Shown one piece after another: positions 36,083 through 46,372 of a stretch of 64,000 nucleotides of DNA. A program made the translations under genes and the position numbers. The DNA is taken from the sequence record PQ898602.1, one strand, 5' to 3'. The notes below the pieces were generated by a model that was not told the DNA's origin, searched no databases, and saw only the letters and a list, made by a program, of their open reading frames with translations. Position 1 is the first letter of the stretch; each line of letters begins with the position of its first letter.

Positions 36083-38388
36083 GTAACGGGACCAAAGTTG
36101 TTAAAAGGAACGGAAATACTGAGAGCCTGAACCTAGACAAGATTCATAAGATGGTTGAAAGTGCCACTGAAGGTCTTGCTGGTGTGTCTGCATCTCAAGT
36201 TGAAATGCAATCTGGCATTCAGTTTTATGATGGTATTACCACTGGAGAGATTCAAGAGATTCTTGTACGCTCTGCATCCGATCTGGTAGACCTCGATAAC
36301 CCCAATTATCAATTCGTAGCTGCAAGACTTCTCTTGTTTGGTTTATACAAACAGGTTTTCGGTATCGAGTGGAAGAATGGATTCCCTCATATCCTAGAAC
36401 ACCTGAAGTCTGGTGCGACCAAAGGAATCTATGATTCTAAACTTTCGTCTCTCTACTCCCAAGAGGAGTGGGATAAGATCAATAGTTGGATCTATCATGA
36501 TCGTGACATGTTGTTCACATATGCAGGTCTACGTCAGGTTACTGACAAGTATCTGGTACAGGACAGAAGTAGTGGGGAACTCTATGAGACTCCTCAATAC
36601 ATGTATATGTTAATCTCTGCAACAATTTTCGCAGGGTATGATGTAAATACTAGAATGGATTACGTTCGTAGGTATTACAATGCAATCTCCAAACACAAAA
36701 TCAACATTCCCACACCTATCATGGCGGGAGTGCGAACTCCACTTCGACAATTTGCTAGCTGTGTTCTTGTTGATGTTGATGACTCCCTCGATTCTATCTT
36801 TAGCTCTGATATGGCTATTGGCAGATACGTTGCACAAAGGGCGGGAATCGGTATCAACGCAGGTAGAATCCGCGGCATCAACGCTAAAATCAGAGGCGGA
36901 GAGGTTCAACACACAGGTGTGGTCCCCTTCCTCAAAAAGTTTGAGTCAACTGTCCGATGCTGCACACAAAACGGGATCCGAGGTGGGTCAGCGACTGTCC
37001 ACTTTCCTATCTGGCATCAAGAAATCGAAGACATCATCGTTCTGAAGAACAACAAAGGAACTGAAGACAATCGTGTCCGTAAACTCGATTATTCGATTCA
37101 AATCTCTAGGATTTTCTATGAACGATTCATTCAAGACGGAGACATCAGTCTCTTCAGTCCGCACGACGTTCCTGGTCTGTATGATGCTTTTGGTACTCCT
37201 GGATTTGACGACTTGTATGTGGGTGCTGAACGAGATGAGTCTATTCCAAGAAAAGTTGTCAAAGCTCAAGAACTTATTCTGGATCTTCTAAAAGAACGTG
37301 CAGAGACTGGTCGTCTTTATATCATGAACATCGACCACTGCAATGAACACTCCTCTTTCATTGACAAGGTTAATATGTCTAACCTCTGTCAGGAAATTAC
37401 TCTTCCAACTGATCCTATTCAACACATCGACGATTCGTCGGGTGAGATTGCTCTGTGCATTCTCTCTGCAATCAATGTCGGTAAACTTCGTGACCTAAAT
37501 GATCTGGAAGATCTTTGTGATCTCGCTGTTCGTGGTCTTGAAGAACTGATTGACTATCAGGACTATCCTGTAGTTGCTGCAGAACTTGCAACCAAAGCAC
37601 GTCGTTCTTTGGGTGTGGGTTTCATTGGTCTTGCACACTTCCTTGCAAAACAGGGACTCAAGTATGATGATCAAGAGGCTTGGGTAAAGGTACATGAGTT
37701 GACCGAAGCCTTCCAATACTATCTTCTTAAGTCATCGAATGCCGTTGCTGCGGAGAAAGGTCCATGCACAGACTTCAACAGAACAAAATACTTCCAAGGT
37801 ATTCTTCCTATCGATACCTACAAGAGAGATGTGGACGAAATTGCAAACCCTGGACTGAATTATGATTGGGAAGGTCTTAGAGTATCTATCGCCAAACACG
37901 GACTTAGGCACTCAACATTGTCTGCTCAGATGCCATCAGAGAGCAGTTCCGTTGTGTCAAACGCAACAAATGGAATCGAACCACCTAGAGGGTATTTGTC
38001 CATTAAAAAGAGCAAGAAAGGACCACTTAAACAGATTGTCCCTGGTTACCAACATCTCAAGAATAATTACACTCTCCTCTGGGATATGCCTGACAATACT
38101 GGTTACATCAATGTTGTTGCCGTCATGCAGAAGTTCTTCGATCAAGCCATCAGTGGAAACTGGTCCTACAACCCTGAGAACTATCCAGACAACGAAGTTC
38201 CGACATCTGTAATGGCACAAGACTTCCTCCGAACTTACAAATATGGTTGGAAGACTTCTTATTATCAAAATACCTACGACAATAAGACAGATGAAATCAA
38301 GGAGGATACGAGTAACGAACAACTGAAAGTCCTAGAACAAATGTTAATGGAATCGCAAGAAGAAGATTGCGAAAGCTGCAAAATCTAG
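36079..38388 (+). CDS. nrdA: Class Ia ribonucleotide reductase alpha subunit
   Basis: ATP cone VVKRNG; PTPIMAG; SNLCQEI; MPSESSS; CESCKI. Confidence 0.97.
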   Translation: MSNGTKVVKRNGNTESLNLDKIHKMVESATEGLAGVSASQVEMQSGIQFYDGITTGEIQEILVRSASDLVDLDNPNYQFVAARLLLFGLYKQVFGIEWKNGFPHILEHLKSGATKGIYDSKLSSLYSQEEWDKINSWIYHDRDMLFTYAGLRQVTDKYLVQDRSSGELYETPQYMYMLISATIFAGYDVNTRMDYVRRYYNAISKHKINIPTPIMAGVRTPLRQFASCVLVDVDDSLDSIFSSDMAIGRYVAQRAGIGINAGRIRGINAKIRGGEVQHTGVVPFLKKFESTVRCCTQNGIRGGSATVHFPIWHQEIEDIIVLKNNKGTEDNRVRKLDYSIQISRIFYERFIQDGDISLFSPHDVPGLYDAFGTPGFDDLYVGAERDESIPRKVVKAQELILDLLKERAETGRLYIMNIDHCNEHSSFIDKVNMSNLCQEITLPTDPIQHIDDSSGEIALCILSAINVGKLRDLNDLEDLCDLAVRGLEELIDYQDYPVVAAELATKARRSLGVGFIGLAHFLAKQGLKYDDQEAWVKVHELTEAFQYYLLKSSNAVAAEKGPCTDFNRTKYFQGILPIDTYKRDVDEIANPGLNYDWEGLRVSIAKHGLRHSTLSAQMPSESSSVVSNATNGIEPPRGYLSIKKSKKGPLKQIVPGYQHLKNNYTLLWDMPDNTGYINVVAVMQKFFDQAISGNWSYNPENYPDNEVPTSVMAQDFLRTYKYGWKTSYYQNTYDNKTDEIKEDTSNEQLKVLEQMLMESQEEDCESCKI

Positions 38389-38415
38389 TAAACTATACCC
38401 ACAACGGAGAAACAA

Positions 38416-39561
38416 ATGATCGAAGGAATGACAGTATTCAACACCAGTACCGATGTTGATAGTCGTAAACAACCCATGTTTTTTGGACAACCACTGGGTT
38501 TGCAGCGTTATGATTCTTATAAGTACCCTATCTTTGATAAACTGACGCAACAACAACTTGGATATTTCTGGAGACCCGAAGAGGTCTCCCTTCAGAAAGA
38601 TCGTAGTGATTACCAACAACTTCGTCCCGAACAGAAACACATCTTTACTTCTAACCTTAAGTATCAGATCATGTTGGATTCTGTTCAGGGTCGTGGACCT
38701 GCAATGGCTTTCCAACCTTATTGTTCACTTCCTGAGTTGGAAGCGTGCATGGAAGTTTGGGGATTCATGGAGATGATTCACTCCCGTTCTTATACCTATA
38801 TTATTAAGAACGTGTATTCTGATCCTGGTGAAGTCTTCGATCATATTCTCGATGATGAGAAGATCGTTTCCCGTGCCGCATCTGTAACAGGTGCATATAA
38901 TGATTTCATTGCTGCTGCACAACAATATGGAAACACCAATGATTGGAAACATGCACAAGAAGAAGCTGGGTATTTCAGAGACGAACGTCGTGAATTAAAG
39001 CGTAAACTTTATCGAGCTGTTGCTAATGTCAACATTTTGGAAGGTATTAGGTTCTATGTCTCGTTCGCTTGCTCGTTTGCGTTTGGTGAACTCAAACTTA
39101 TGGAAGGATCAGCAAAGATTATCTCTCTTATCGCAAGAGACGAAAATCAGCATCTTGTCATTACTCAAAACATCCTCAACAAGTGGAGACAAGGAGATGA
39201 TCCAGAGATGCAAGAGATTGCAAAGGAAGAAGAACCTGTAATCACTGAAATGTTCCGCAAGTGTGTGGACGAAGAGAAGGCCTGGGCGAAGTATCTGTTC
39301 AAGGACGGATCGATGATTGGTTTGAATGACAAACTTCTCAACAACTATGTTGAGTGGATTGCAAATCGTCGTATGAAGGCGATTGGTTTGAAACCCATCT
39401 ATGACATCCCTGCAAAGAACAATCCACTTCCCTGGACTGAACACTGGATTTCTTCCAAGGGTCTTCAGGTTGCACCACAAGAAACTGAGGTTGAGTCATA
39501 TGTTGTTGGTGGTATCAAACAAGATGTGAAGAAGGATACCTTCGCTGGATTCCAACTCTAA
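38416..39561 (+). CDS. nrdB: Class Ia ribonucleotide reductase beta subunit
   Basis: FWRPEEV, EMIHSRSY, LEGIRFY, RDENQH, APQETE. Confidence 0.97.
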   Translation: MIEGMTVFNTSTDVDSRKQPMFFGQPLGLQRYDSYKYPIFDKLTQQQLGYFWRPEEVSLQKDRSDYQQLRPEQKHIFTSNLKYQIMLDSVQGRGPAMAFQPYCSLPELEACMEVWGFMEMIHSRSYTYIIKNVYSDPGEVFDHILDDEKIVSRAASVTGAYNDFIAAAQQYGNTNDWKHAQEEAGYFRDERRELKRKLYRAVANVNILEGIRFYVSFACSFAFGELKLMEGSAKIISLIARDENQHLVITQNILNKWRQGDDPEMQEIAKEEEPVITEMFRKCVDEEKAWAKYLFKDGSMIGLNDKLLNNYVEWIANRRMKAIGLKPIYDIPAKNNPLPWTEHWISSKGLQVAPQETEVESYVVGGIKQDVKKDTFAGFQL

Positions 39562-39593
39562 ATAAAAATACGAACTGATTTGAATTAAACTTC

Positions 39594-40160
39594 ATGGCTA
39601 CTAGAACTAGTATTCCACGGGTAGTTTCTGAACAACTACCCGCAAACCCTTTTGCTTTTGAAGTACTTGCACTTGCATCTAAACAAAGAAGTAATGCAAA
39701 GAAAGCAGAAGTCCTTAGAACTTACTCCGATCCATCCCTACAGACTCTTCTGATCTGGAACTTTGATGAAACTGTCATCTCTGTTCTACCAGAGGGTCTT
39801 GTCCCATATTCTAGTGTTGGACAACAAAACGTTACTCAGGGAACTCTGAGTTCCAATATTGAACGTGCAGTTGGAATGATGGATGAACTGGATTCCAATT
39901 CCATTGGATCTCAGGACATGGGTAGAACTTCTATCCGTAAAGAATATACCTACTTTTATAACTTCGTAAAAGGTGGTAATGATAGACTGACTCAGAGAAA
40001 GAGAGAGACAATGTTTATCAATATTCTGGAAGGTCTTCATCCACTGGAAGCCGAAATCCTAATGTTGGTGAAAGATAAGAAGCTTTCTGATAAGTATAAG
40101 ATCTCTCAGAAAAACGTTGCGGATGCATATCCAGAAATTAACTGGGGTAATAGATCCTAA
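39594..40160 (+). CDS. Conserved T4-like late hypothetical protein
   Basis: TAAATA 39559; LLIWNFD...LPEG; RETMFINILEGLHP.EAE. Confidence 0.75.
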   Translation: MATRTSIPRVVSEQLPANPFAFEVLALASKQRSNAKKAEVLRTYSDPSLQTLLIWNFDETVISVLPEGLVPYSSVGQQNVTQGTLSSNIERAVGMMDELDSNSIGSQDMGRTSIRKEYTYFYNFVKGGNDRLTQRKRETMFINILEGLHPLEAEILMLVKDKKLSDKYKISQKNVADAYPEINWGNRS

Positions 40161-40191
40161 ATATCTTTATAAAAGAAAGTAATTTACATCA

Positions 40192-40872
40192 ATGGCATAC
40201 CAAGGTATTAATACTGGATCGGTTCCTAATGATGGAACTGGTGACACTCTTCAGGCGGGTGCAGTAAAAATAAATGCAAACTTCACTGAAGTTTATGACA
40301 CCCTTGGTGATTCGGGTGTCATTGGAAACGCAGAACTGAGTCAAGTTTCATGCACTGGAATTATTACTGCATCTAGTTTTGTAGGAAACTTAAACGCAAA
40401 TAGTTTAAACCAAGGAACTATTCCTAATGGTAGATTCCCTGCAACAATTCCTGGTGACTTGAGTGGTAACGCTGCAACTGCAACTCAGTTCTTCGACTCA
40501 GTTCTTGTTGGTGGTGTTCCCTTTAATGGTGGTTCTAGTATTAACCTCCCTGGTGTAAACACAGAGGGTGATCAAGACACTACTGGTAACGCAGCTACTG
40601 CAACTCAGTTAGCAACCTCGGTTAATATTGGTGGAGTTTCTTTTGATGGTAGTGCATCAATTAATCTTCCTGGTGTAAACCAAGCAGGTGATCAAGACAC
40701 TACTGGTAACGCTGCAACTGCAACAGTTGCAACCAGGGTAAGTGATACTGCAGCCCCTGCTAGTGCTTCAGATACTGGTACTGCAGGAGAAGTTCGTTAC
40801 GATTCGAGTTTCATTTATGTTTGTGTTGCAACAGACACCTGGGTTCGCGCTGCACTTAGTACTTGGTCATAA
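40192..40872 (+). CDS. Short fibre-like structural protein with gp9/gp10-like N-terminal anchor
   Basis: INTGSVPNDGTGDTL..GAVKINANF; 40-aa internal repeat. Confidence 0.7.
   Translation: MAYQGINTGSVPNDGTGDTLQAGAVKINANFTEVYDTLGDSGVIGNAELSQVSCTGIITASSFVGNLNANSLNQGTIPNGRFPATIPGDLSGNAATATQFFDSVLVGGVPFNGGSSINLPGVNTEGDQDTTGNAATATQLATSVNIGGVSFDGSASINLPGVNQAGDQDTTGNAATATVATRVSDTAAPASASDTGTAGEVRYDSSFIYVCVATDTWVRAALSTWS
40465..40724 (+). repeat. 120-bp (40-aa) tandem repeat, about 2.2 copies
   Basis: ggtaacgc..c.actgcaac recurs at 40465, 40585, 40705. Confidence 0.9.
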
Positions 40873-40887
40873 TTTTCAACTTTTGTT

Positions 40888-41862
40888 ATGCAAAATTTCG
40901 TCAAACATTGTGTGAACAATGGTGGTGCAATTAAACCTCTCGTCATTCCATCAGGAGAAACCAATGGTACGGGTCTTTTCAACCCTACCATTTTTGTTGA
41001 TGGCGATAAGATTTATGTAAATATACGTCATTGTCAATATACTCTTTATCATTCAGAACTCAATCGGTTTGAACACCAATGGGGACCTCTGTTATATTTG
41101 AATCCAGAGAACGATATTACCCTTACAACTACTAACTTCTTTTGCACTTTAGATTCTGATTTAAATATCGATAGAATCCATCGTGTTGATACTTCTAGTT
41201 TCGATAGAAACCCTCTTTGGGAATTTGTTGGACTAGAAGATTGTCGTATCGTAAAATGGGATGATAAGTTTTACCTTTCAGGTGTCAGAAGGGATCTTGA
41301 CACTATTGGAACGGGTAGGATGGAACTATCTGAACTAGATATTTCATCAGATCGTGTAAAGGAAGTATCTAGATTTAGAATTCCTGCACCTGCACCAGAT
41401 ACTTCTTATTGTGAGAAGAACTGGATGCCTATCGTGGACAAACCATTCCACTATGTGAAGTGGAGTAATCCCACTGAAGTCGTTCATGTGGACACCTCTG
41501 AGGTAGTTACTACAACAACTCACCTAGGATCGGAAAGAGACCTCTCCCATGACCTTAGAGGCGGGTCTCAGGTTATTCCATTTAAGGATGGGTATCTTGC
41601 GATTCAACATGTCACCTATCTCTATAGGACAGAACAACAACGTAAGAACGCAACCTATCGACATCAATTTACATATTGGGATAAAGACTGGAATGTAATC
41701 AAACGTTCTGAGATCTTTGATTTTATGGATGCAAAGATTGAGTTCTCTTGTGGTATGTCTCAGTATGGTGATGACTATTTAATCACATTCGGATTCCAAG
41801 ATAACGCTGCATATGTTTTGAAAGTTCCTGGGAATGTACTGGAGGATTTTATAAATGATTGA
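40888..41862 (+). CDS. Putative beta-propeller glycosidase-like protein
   Basis: FNPTI, GLEDCRIV, CEKNWMP, LRGGSQ, IEFSCG. Confidence 0.55.
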   Translation: MQNFVKHCVNNGGAIKPLVIPSGETNGTGLFNPTIFVDGDKIYVNIRHCQYTLYHSELNRFEHQWGPLLYLNPENDITLTTTNFFCTLDSDLNIDRIHRVDTSSFDRNPLWEFVGLEDCRIVKWDDKFYLSGVRRDLDTIGTGRMELSELDISSDRVKEVSRFRIPAPAPDTSYCEKNWMPIVDKPFHYVKWSNPTEVVHVDTSEVVTTTTHLGSERDLSHDLRGGSQVIPFKDGYLAIQHVTYLYRTEQQRKNATYRHQFTYWDKDWNVIKRSEIFDFMDAKIEFSCGMSQYGDDYLITFGFQDNAAYVLKVPGNVLEDFIND

Positions 41863-43720
41863 CCAAAGATTACAAGAATATATTCAAGATCCTTCCAATC
41901 CAGATCTTAATTACAATCTTGCATTAGAATACAAGAAAGTAGGTCAGAGTGCCGCTGCAATCTCATACTTTCTACGTGCTGCAGAGAGAACTAAGAATTT
42001 AAACTTCTCTTATGAATGTCTGATTCATATTGGAGAGTGTTTTGATCTCCAGAAGAATCGTGCGAATGCGGTGACGGGTGCATACAAACATGCAATCGCA
42101 ACTCTCCCGCAAAGACCTGAAGCATACTATATGCTTGCAAACTATCAAAACTGGAATCAACAATATCAAGATGCGACATATCTTACAGAAATTGCTCTCA
42201 AAATGTGTGATTTCGATTCCGTACCTTTTAGGACTAAGTGTAGGTACCCTGGTCGTTGGGGACTTCTGTATGAAAGGACTATTTCCTATTGGTGGTGGGG
42301 TAAGTCTGCCGAATGTAGAGCAGGATTACAAGAACTTGTCGATAACCACTGGGACGAACTAGATGGTTACCATAAAGAAACTGTAGAAGATCGTCTCTGT
42401 AGACTTGGATGTGGTCCAGAGTCACAAGCATTTACTTACTATCACAAGAGTAGCCATCAATATCTAAGATACAAGTTCCCTGGATCCGAGAATATCGAAA
42501 GAAGTTATTCTCAGGTTTATCAGGATATGTTTATTCTTTCTGTTCTGGATGGAAAGAGAAATGGAACTTTCCTGGAGATCGGTGGTGCAACGCCGTATCA
42601 CGGAAACAATACTGCACTACTAGAACAAGACTTTGGATGGACTGGTGTATCCATTGAATATAAACAAGAATTCGTTGACCAATATAAACAAGCAAGACCT
42701 ACTACAATCTATTGTCTAGACGCACTAGACACAGATTATGACAAGTTTATTGCAGAAAATTTTGAGTCAGATACTATTGATTATCTGCAACTTGACATTG
42801 AACCTGCAAGGAATACATATTCTCTACTTCTCAAGATTCCATTCGAGAAGTATAAGTTCCGTGTGATTACATATGAACATGATCACTACGTTGATGTAAC
42901 CAAAGAATGTCGTAGAAAATCTAGAGAGTATCTACAATCTAAGGGATATGTTCTCGCAGTTAGTGATGTATCACCTGATGGAAAGAGTAACTTTGAAGAC
43001 TGGTGGGTGCATCCAGATCTGGTAGATCCAGAACTTCTGAAGAAGATGCAGAACACCAAGAACTATACAAAGAAAGCAGAGACACACATGTTGTCTCAGG
43101 ATATTCCCCCAGAACCAGAACCCGAAGATCAACCAGTGTCTTTCAGTGTTGCATCTAAGAATAGTGTATGGATTGTAGACAACTTCTATGATGATCCAGA
43201 TGCAATCAGAGAGTTTGCTCTGAGTCGTGAGTTTGATGAGGGTGGATTTGGTAGAGGATATATTGGGAGAAGAACTAAAAAACAATACTTGTTCCCTGGA
43301 CTTAAAGAAAGATTTGAGTCAATCATGGGTAAGAAGATCTCTGCATGGGAAGACCATGGTATGAATGGTAGATTCCAAACTGCATGGTCTGGTGAAGCAC
43401 TTGTATATCATTGTGACTCTCAACGATGGGGTGGTATGTTGTATCTGACTCCAGACGCACCATATCAATGTGGTACTACGATGTATGCAAATAAGAAAAC
43501 CAGAGCACGAACTTATTATGACAAGGGATGGGATGATGCATGGATCAACATTCCTGGAGATTGTCATTTAGATGGAACACCATTTGAACCAGTCGATGTA
43601 CTTGGAAATGTTTATAATCGATTAGTTATTTTCGATGCAAGTTGTATTCATAGTGCATCCGAATATTTCGGTACAGTTATGGAGAATTCTCGGTTGTGGC
43701 AAATGTTCTTCTTTGACTAA
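41855..43720 (+). CDS. Fusion: TPR + FkbM-like methyltransferase + DUF6445-like oxygenase domain
   Basis: TPR helices; FLEIGG..P..GNNT, IDYLQLDIEP, ITYEHD; WIVDNFYDDPD, HCD, YNRLVIF..H. Confidence 0.65.
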   Translation: MIDQRLQEYIQDPSNPDLNYNLALEYKKVGQSAAAISYFLRAAERTKNLNFSYECLIHIGECFDLQKNRANAVTGAYKHAIATLPQRPEAYYMLANYQNWNQQYQDATYLTEIALKMCDFDSVPFRTKCRYPGRWGLLYERTISYWWWGKSAECRAGLQELVDNHWDELDGYHKETVEDRLCRLGCGPESQAFTYYHKSSHQYLRYKFPGSENIERSYSQVYQDMFILSVLDGKRNGTFLEIGGATPYHGNNTALLEQDFGWTGVSIEYKQEFVDQYKQARPTTIYCLDALDTDYDKFIAENFESDTIDYLQLDIEPARNTYSLLLKIPFEKYKFRVITYEHDHYVDVTKECRRKSREYLQSKGYVLAVSDVSPDGKSNFEDWWVHPDLVDPELLKKMQNTKNYTKKAETHMLSQDIPPEPEPEDQPVSFSVASKNSVWIVDNFYDDPDAIREFALSREFDEGGFGRGYIGRRTKKQYLFPGLKERFESIMGKKISAWEDHGMNGRFQTAWSGEALVYHCDSQRWGGMLYLTPDAPYQCGTTMYANKKTRARTYYDKGWDDAWINIPGDCHLDGTPFEPVDVLGNVYNRLVIFDASCIHSASEYFGTVMENSRLWQMFFFD

Positions 43721-43744
43721 ATACTTCGCCTTGTTCTTTTACTA

Positions 43745-44056
43745 ATGCTTGGTAAACCCAAAGCTGCGGTAGAAGAGAAGGACCATGATGAAGATAAAAG
43801 TGAAGTTCTTGGTAATTTGGTGAAAGTTGTCGTACTTATTTGGTCCGCATCTCTTCTCACGTTTAGCTACGTAAGACTTCCAAATGGAAACAAAATCTTA
43901 GATTTTGATCCTACCTTCATTGCATCGGTTTTCTCTGGCTCGCTGGCTGCGTTCGGACTTTCTCCTGCTAAGGCGGGTGGAGGGAACGGAAACGGCAAAA
44001 CTACAGCGAAGAAGGAAGAACCCCCTGTCGTTTCTGCCGTTGAGCCCAAAAAGTAA
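43745..44056 (+). CDS. Two-TM hypothetical protein
   Basis: TAAATA 43718; LIWSASLL...FDPTFIASVFSGSLAAFG. Confidence 0.7.
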   Translation: MLGKPKAAVEEKDHDEDKSEVLGNLVKVVVLIWSASLLTFSYVRLPNGNKILDFDPTFIASVFSGSLAAFGLSPAKAGGGNGNGKTTAKKEEPPVVSAVEPKK

Positions 44057-44325
44057 TGCAAAAATTGATTAACGCACTCGCAGTTCTATCATTCTTAGGA
44101 ACTGCTTCTATCATTGGTGGTGGAGTTTATGTCTACCTCCAAAAGGATGCACTAATTGAAAGTGCTAAGGAAAAGATCACTAGTGCTGCAACAGAAGCAA
44201 TCGCTGGAGCACTTCCTGGAATGTTGGATGCAGCAATGCCCGAACTTCCTAATGCTACTGGTGGTATCGCTGTTCCTGCTGGTGAAGATAAGGGTGGTTC
44301 TGTTCCTGGAATGAGACTTCCCTGA
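44056..44325 (+). CDS. Membrane-anchored hypothetical protein
   Basis: MQKLINALAVLSF TM; LPGMLDAAMPELP. Confidence 0.7.
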   Translation: MQKLINALAVLSFLGTASIIGGGVYVYLQKDALIESAKEKITSAATEAIAGALPGMLDAAMPELPNATGGIAVPAGEDKGGSVPGMRLP

Positions 44326-44372
44326 GAATTTGATGAGAGGCGTTAAATAACTATGCCTCTCTGAGATTCATT

Positions 44373-44489
44373 ATGGCACAATCAGTTTACGAAAAACGTG
44401 CTAAGAAAGAAGCAACCCAAACTTTTGCTTGGTATGTATTCTTTCATTCTGTTTGGACCTCTGTATTTAAATTCTTCAGTGAAGATTAA
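44373..44489 (+). CDS. 38-aa peptide MAQSVYEKRAKKEATQTFAWYVFFHSVW...
   Basis: TAAATA 44344; TAATG coupling to next ORF. Confidence 0.55.
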   Translation: MAQSVYEKRAKKEATQTFAWYVFFHSVWTSVFKFFSED

Positions 44490-45262
44490 TGACTGAAATT
44501 CGTGATATTTCAATTCAATCTATCGAGATTCCAGAAACTCCTAGATTCTTGACGGAACCGCCTATGGCGCTTCCTCCGAGAGTTCCTGTTACCCAACAGA
44601 TAGGTGTTCCTATTATCGATATGCCAGGTTGTGTTGAAGCACACGAATTAGACAGAGGAAGAAACGATAACCTTAAAGGAGATGATCCTAAAGGTGCTAA
44701 AGTCTTTTGTGACGGACAAATACCATCGTTCAATCCAATTGACTACAATGAGGATGAGCTGGAGTTCAATTACGAACCTCCAGTTCCTCCAGTCAACCCA
44801 CCCAAAGCCCCAGAAATAAAGGCACCAGAAGTTCCTACGGACACAAAAGTTCCAGAGGTAGAGTGCCCATCAGAAGCATTAGGACTAAAAGAACCAATCG
44901 GATTCATCAAAGGTGACGAGAGAGTCACAGAATACCGATTGGTCGGAAAAGAATGTATTCAGATAAGAGAGAAGTTAGATATACCCACCCAAATTATTGA
45001 AAATATACCAAAAGCAGGTGCAGTAACTACTACTGCGGGTATTGCAGTTGTTGCAACTACCTCGGCACTGCTCGCAAAACCTCTTGCTGATCTTTTGTTA
45101 AGAGCGGTGAAACCTGTGACGAAGAAGGTACTGAAGAAGGTTGCTGCCTTACGGGGTAAGAAGCCCCCAGTCTTGTCTGTAGGGGCTCGCCGAGCTGAGC
45201 AGCGTCAGATGAATGATGCTGTGAAGACTCTTCGTTCTGTGTTCCCAAGACGGAAGAAGTAG
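44489..45262 (+). CDS. Pro-rich hypothetical protein with C-terminal hydrophobic and basic segment
   Basis: PIIDMPGCVE..CD...PSFNP; convergent overlap with minus ORF. Confidence 0.7.
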   Translation: MTEIRDISIQSIEIPETPRFLTEPPMALPPRVPVTQQIGVPIIDMPGCVEAHELDRGRNDNLKGDDPKGAKVFCDGQIPSFNPIDYNEDELEFNYEPPVPPVNPPKAPEIKAPEVPTDTKVPEVECPSEALGLKEPIGFIKGDERVTEYRLVGKECIQIREKLDIPTQIIENIPKAGAVTTTAGIAVVATTSALLAKPLADLLLRAVKPVTKKVLKKVAALRGKKPPVLSVGARRAEQRQMNDAVKTLRSVFPRRKK

Positions 45263-45926
45263 GTTTAGGAATACTATGTCTATGTTGCGGTACCGAGTTT
45301 ACATTTTGTACCACGACATCCGCACATACTGCCGCATATGGGCTACGAGGGTGGAAACGTATGCCCTGCTTTAACAATTCGCCACAATTTTTCAATCTCG
45401 CGATCTCAAAGTCAAGGCGTTTGTTTGCATGTTGTTGACGCATCAATGCAATGTTTGCTGCTGCAGCCTCTTTACATTGATCTTGTAATTTTTTATCTAA
45501 TGGTCTAGACCAAGTAGCACTAAAACCAAGGGATAGATTATAGTTATCTTTCTGACCTGTTCTGACTGGACGATAAAATTGCACCGAACCAGGATTATCT
45601 AAAATACCATCTCCAGTTGGATTCCCTTCAGCATCTGTTGTTCCAAAGTTATCACTCATATCATATACAGGATCCATATAGTAATCCTCATATGGTTTCA
45701 TTGCCGATACTGCACCAGTCACATATGGCGTAATGTTGAGAGTTGGCCCCTGACACTGGATCCCTCCGCCATAGGTATTCGTGATGTATGGACCCTGAAG
45801 AACCTGGATAGCTTGGTTGGTCACCGAGCCAGAACTATTAGCAACAGGAGCAGCAGTAGCGGATACACCGCCAATAGTTTCAGACAAAACCTGAGCAGGG
45901 GATAAGATTGACGCCGCACTTAAAAT
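45057..45926 (-). CDS. Exported hypothetical protein; start codon unresolved (ATT at 45926 or upstream in overlap)
   Basis: ETIGGVSATA.PVANSSGSVTNQAIQVLQG, CQGP, RLKNCG; ORF track extends to 46091. Confidence 0.65.
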   Translation of the reverse strand: MLSAASILSPAQVLSETIGGVSATAAPVANSSGSVTNQAIQVLQGPYITNTYGGGIQCQGPTLNITPYVTGAVSAMKPYEDYYMDPVYDMSDNFGTTDAEGNPTGDGILDNPGSVQFYRPVRTGQKDNYNLSLGFSATWSRPLDKKLQDQCKEAAAANIALMRQQHANKRLDFEIARLKNCGELLKQGIRFHPRSPYAAVCADVVVQNVNSVPQHRHSIPKPTSSVLGTQNEESSQHHSSDAAQLGEPLQTRLGASYPVRQQPSSVPSSSQVSPLLTKDQQEVLRAVPR

Positions 45927-46372
45927 TACTGCTGGAAGATACTTGTAGTATCGGTTACGCTTGTAACTGTCGTTTCTCTTTGAATAATTGTATGGTTGCT
46001 CAGTCCAGGCCCTGAGTAAGTTTCTGTGAACTGAAATGCTGCGCCTGGTGTTGTCTGTTTGAAATTGGGCGTGCTCGTCGCTCCTGTCCATGTCGAATTC
46101 ACTCCATTAATAGTTACATTAGATTGTCCAGTTGTAGGACTAATAGTTCCTCCAATTGGTTCCACACCACTACCTGATACTGAATATTGATATCCAGTAT
46201 TATAATCCATTGAATTAATAGTCTCGGTCACTTTGGATGTAGTTTCAGTGTGGCTCGTCATTGAGCCTTGTGTGAAATTCGGGACCACTGGCACTGAGTA
46301 CGCAGGTTGAAGTAGTCCGTGAATAACACCAAGAACCAATCCCAGACCGATTGCTTCTTGCAATCTAGTCAT
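45926..46372 (-). CDS. Exported Thr/Ser-rich hypothetical protein
   Basis: Signal peptide then VPVVPNFTQGSMTSHTET. Confidence 0.7.
   Translation of the reverse strand: MTRLQEAIGLGLVLGVIHGLLQPAYSVPVVPNFTQGSMTSHTETTSKVTETINSMDYNTGYQYSVSGSGVEPIGGTISPTTGQSNVTINGVNSTWTGATSTPNFKQTTPGAAFQFTETYSGPGLSNHTIIQRETTVTSVTDTTSIFQQ

Noticed and set aside
15304-39561. Introns or inteins in gp43, gp41, gp61, nrdA, nrdB
   Set aside because: All are continuous and of normal length, with no splicing motifs
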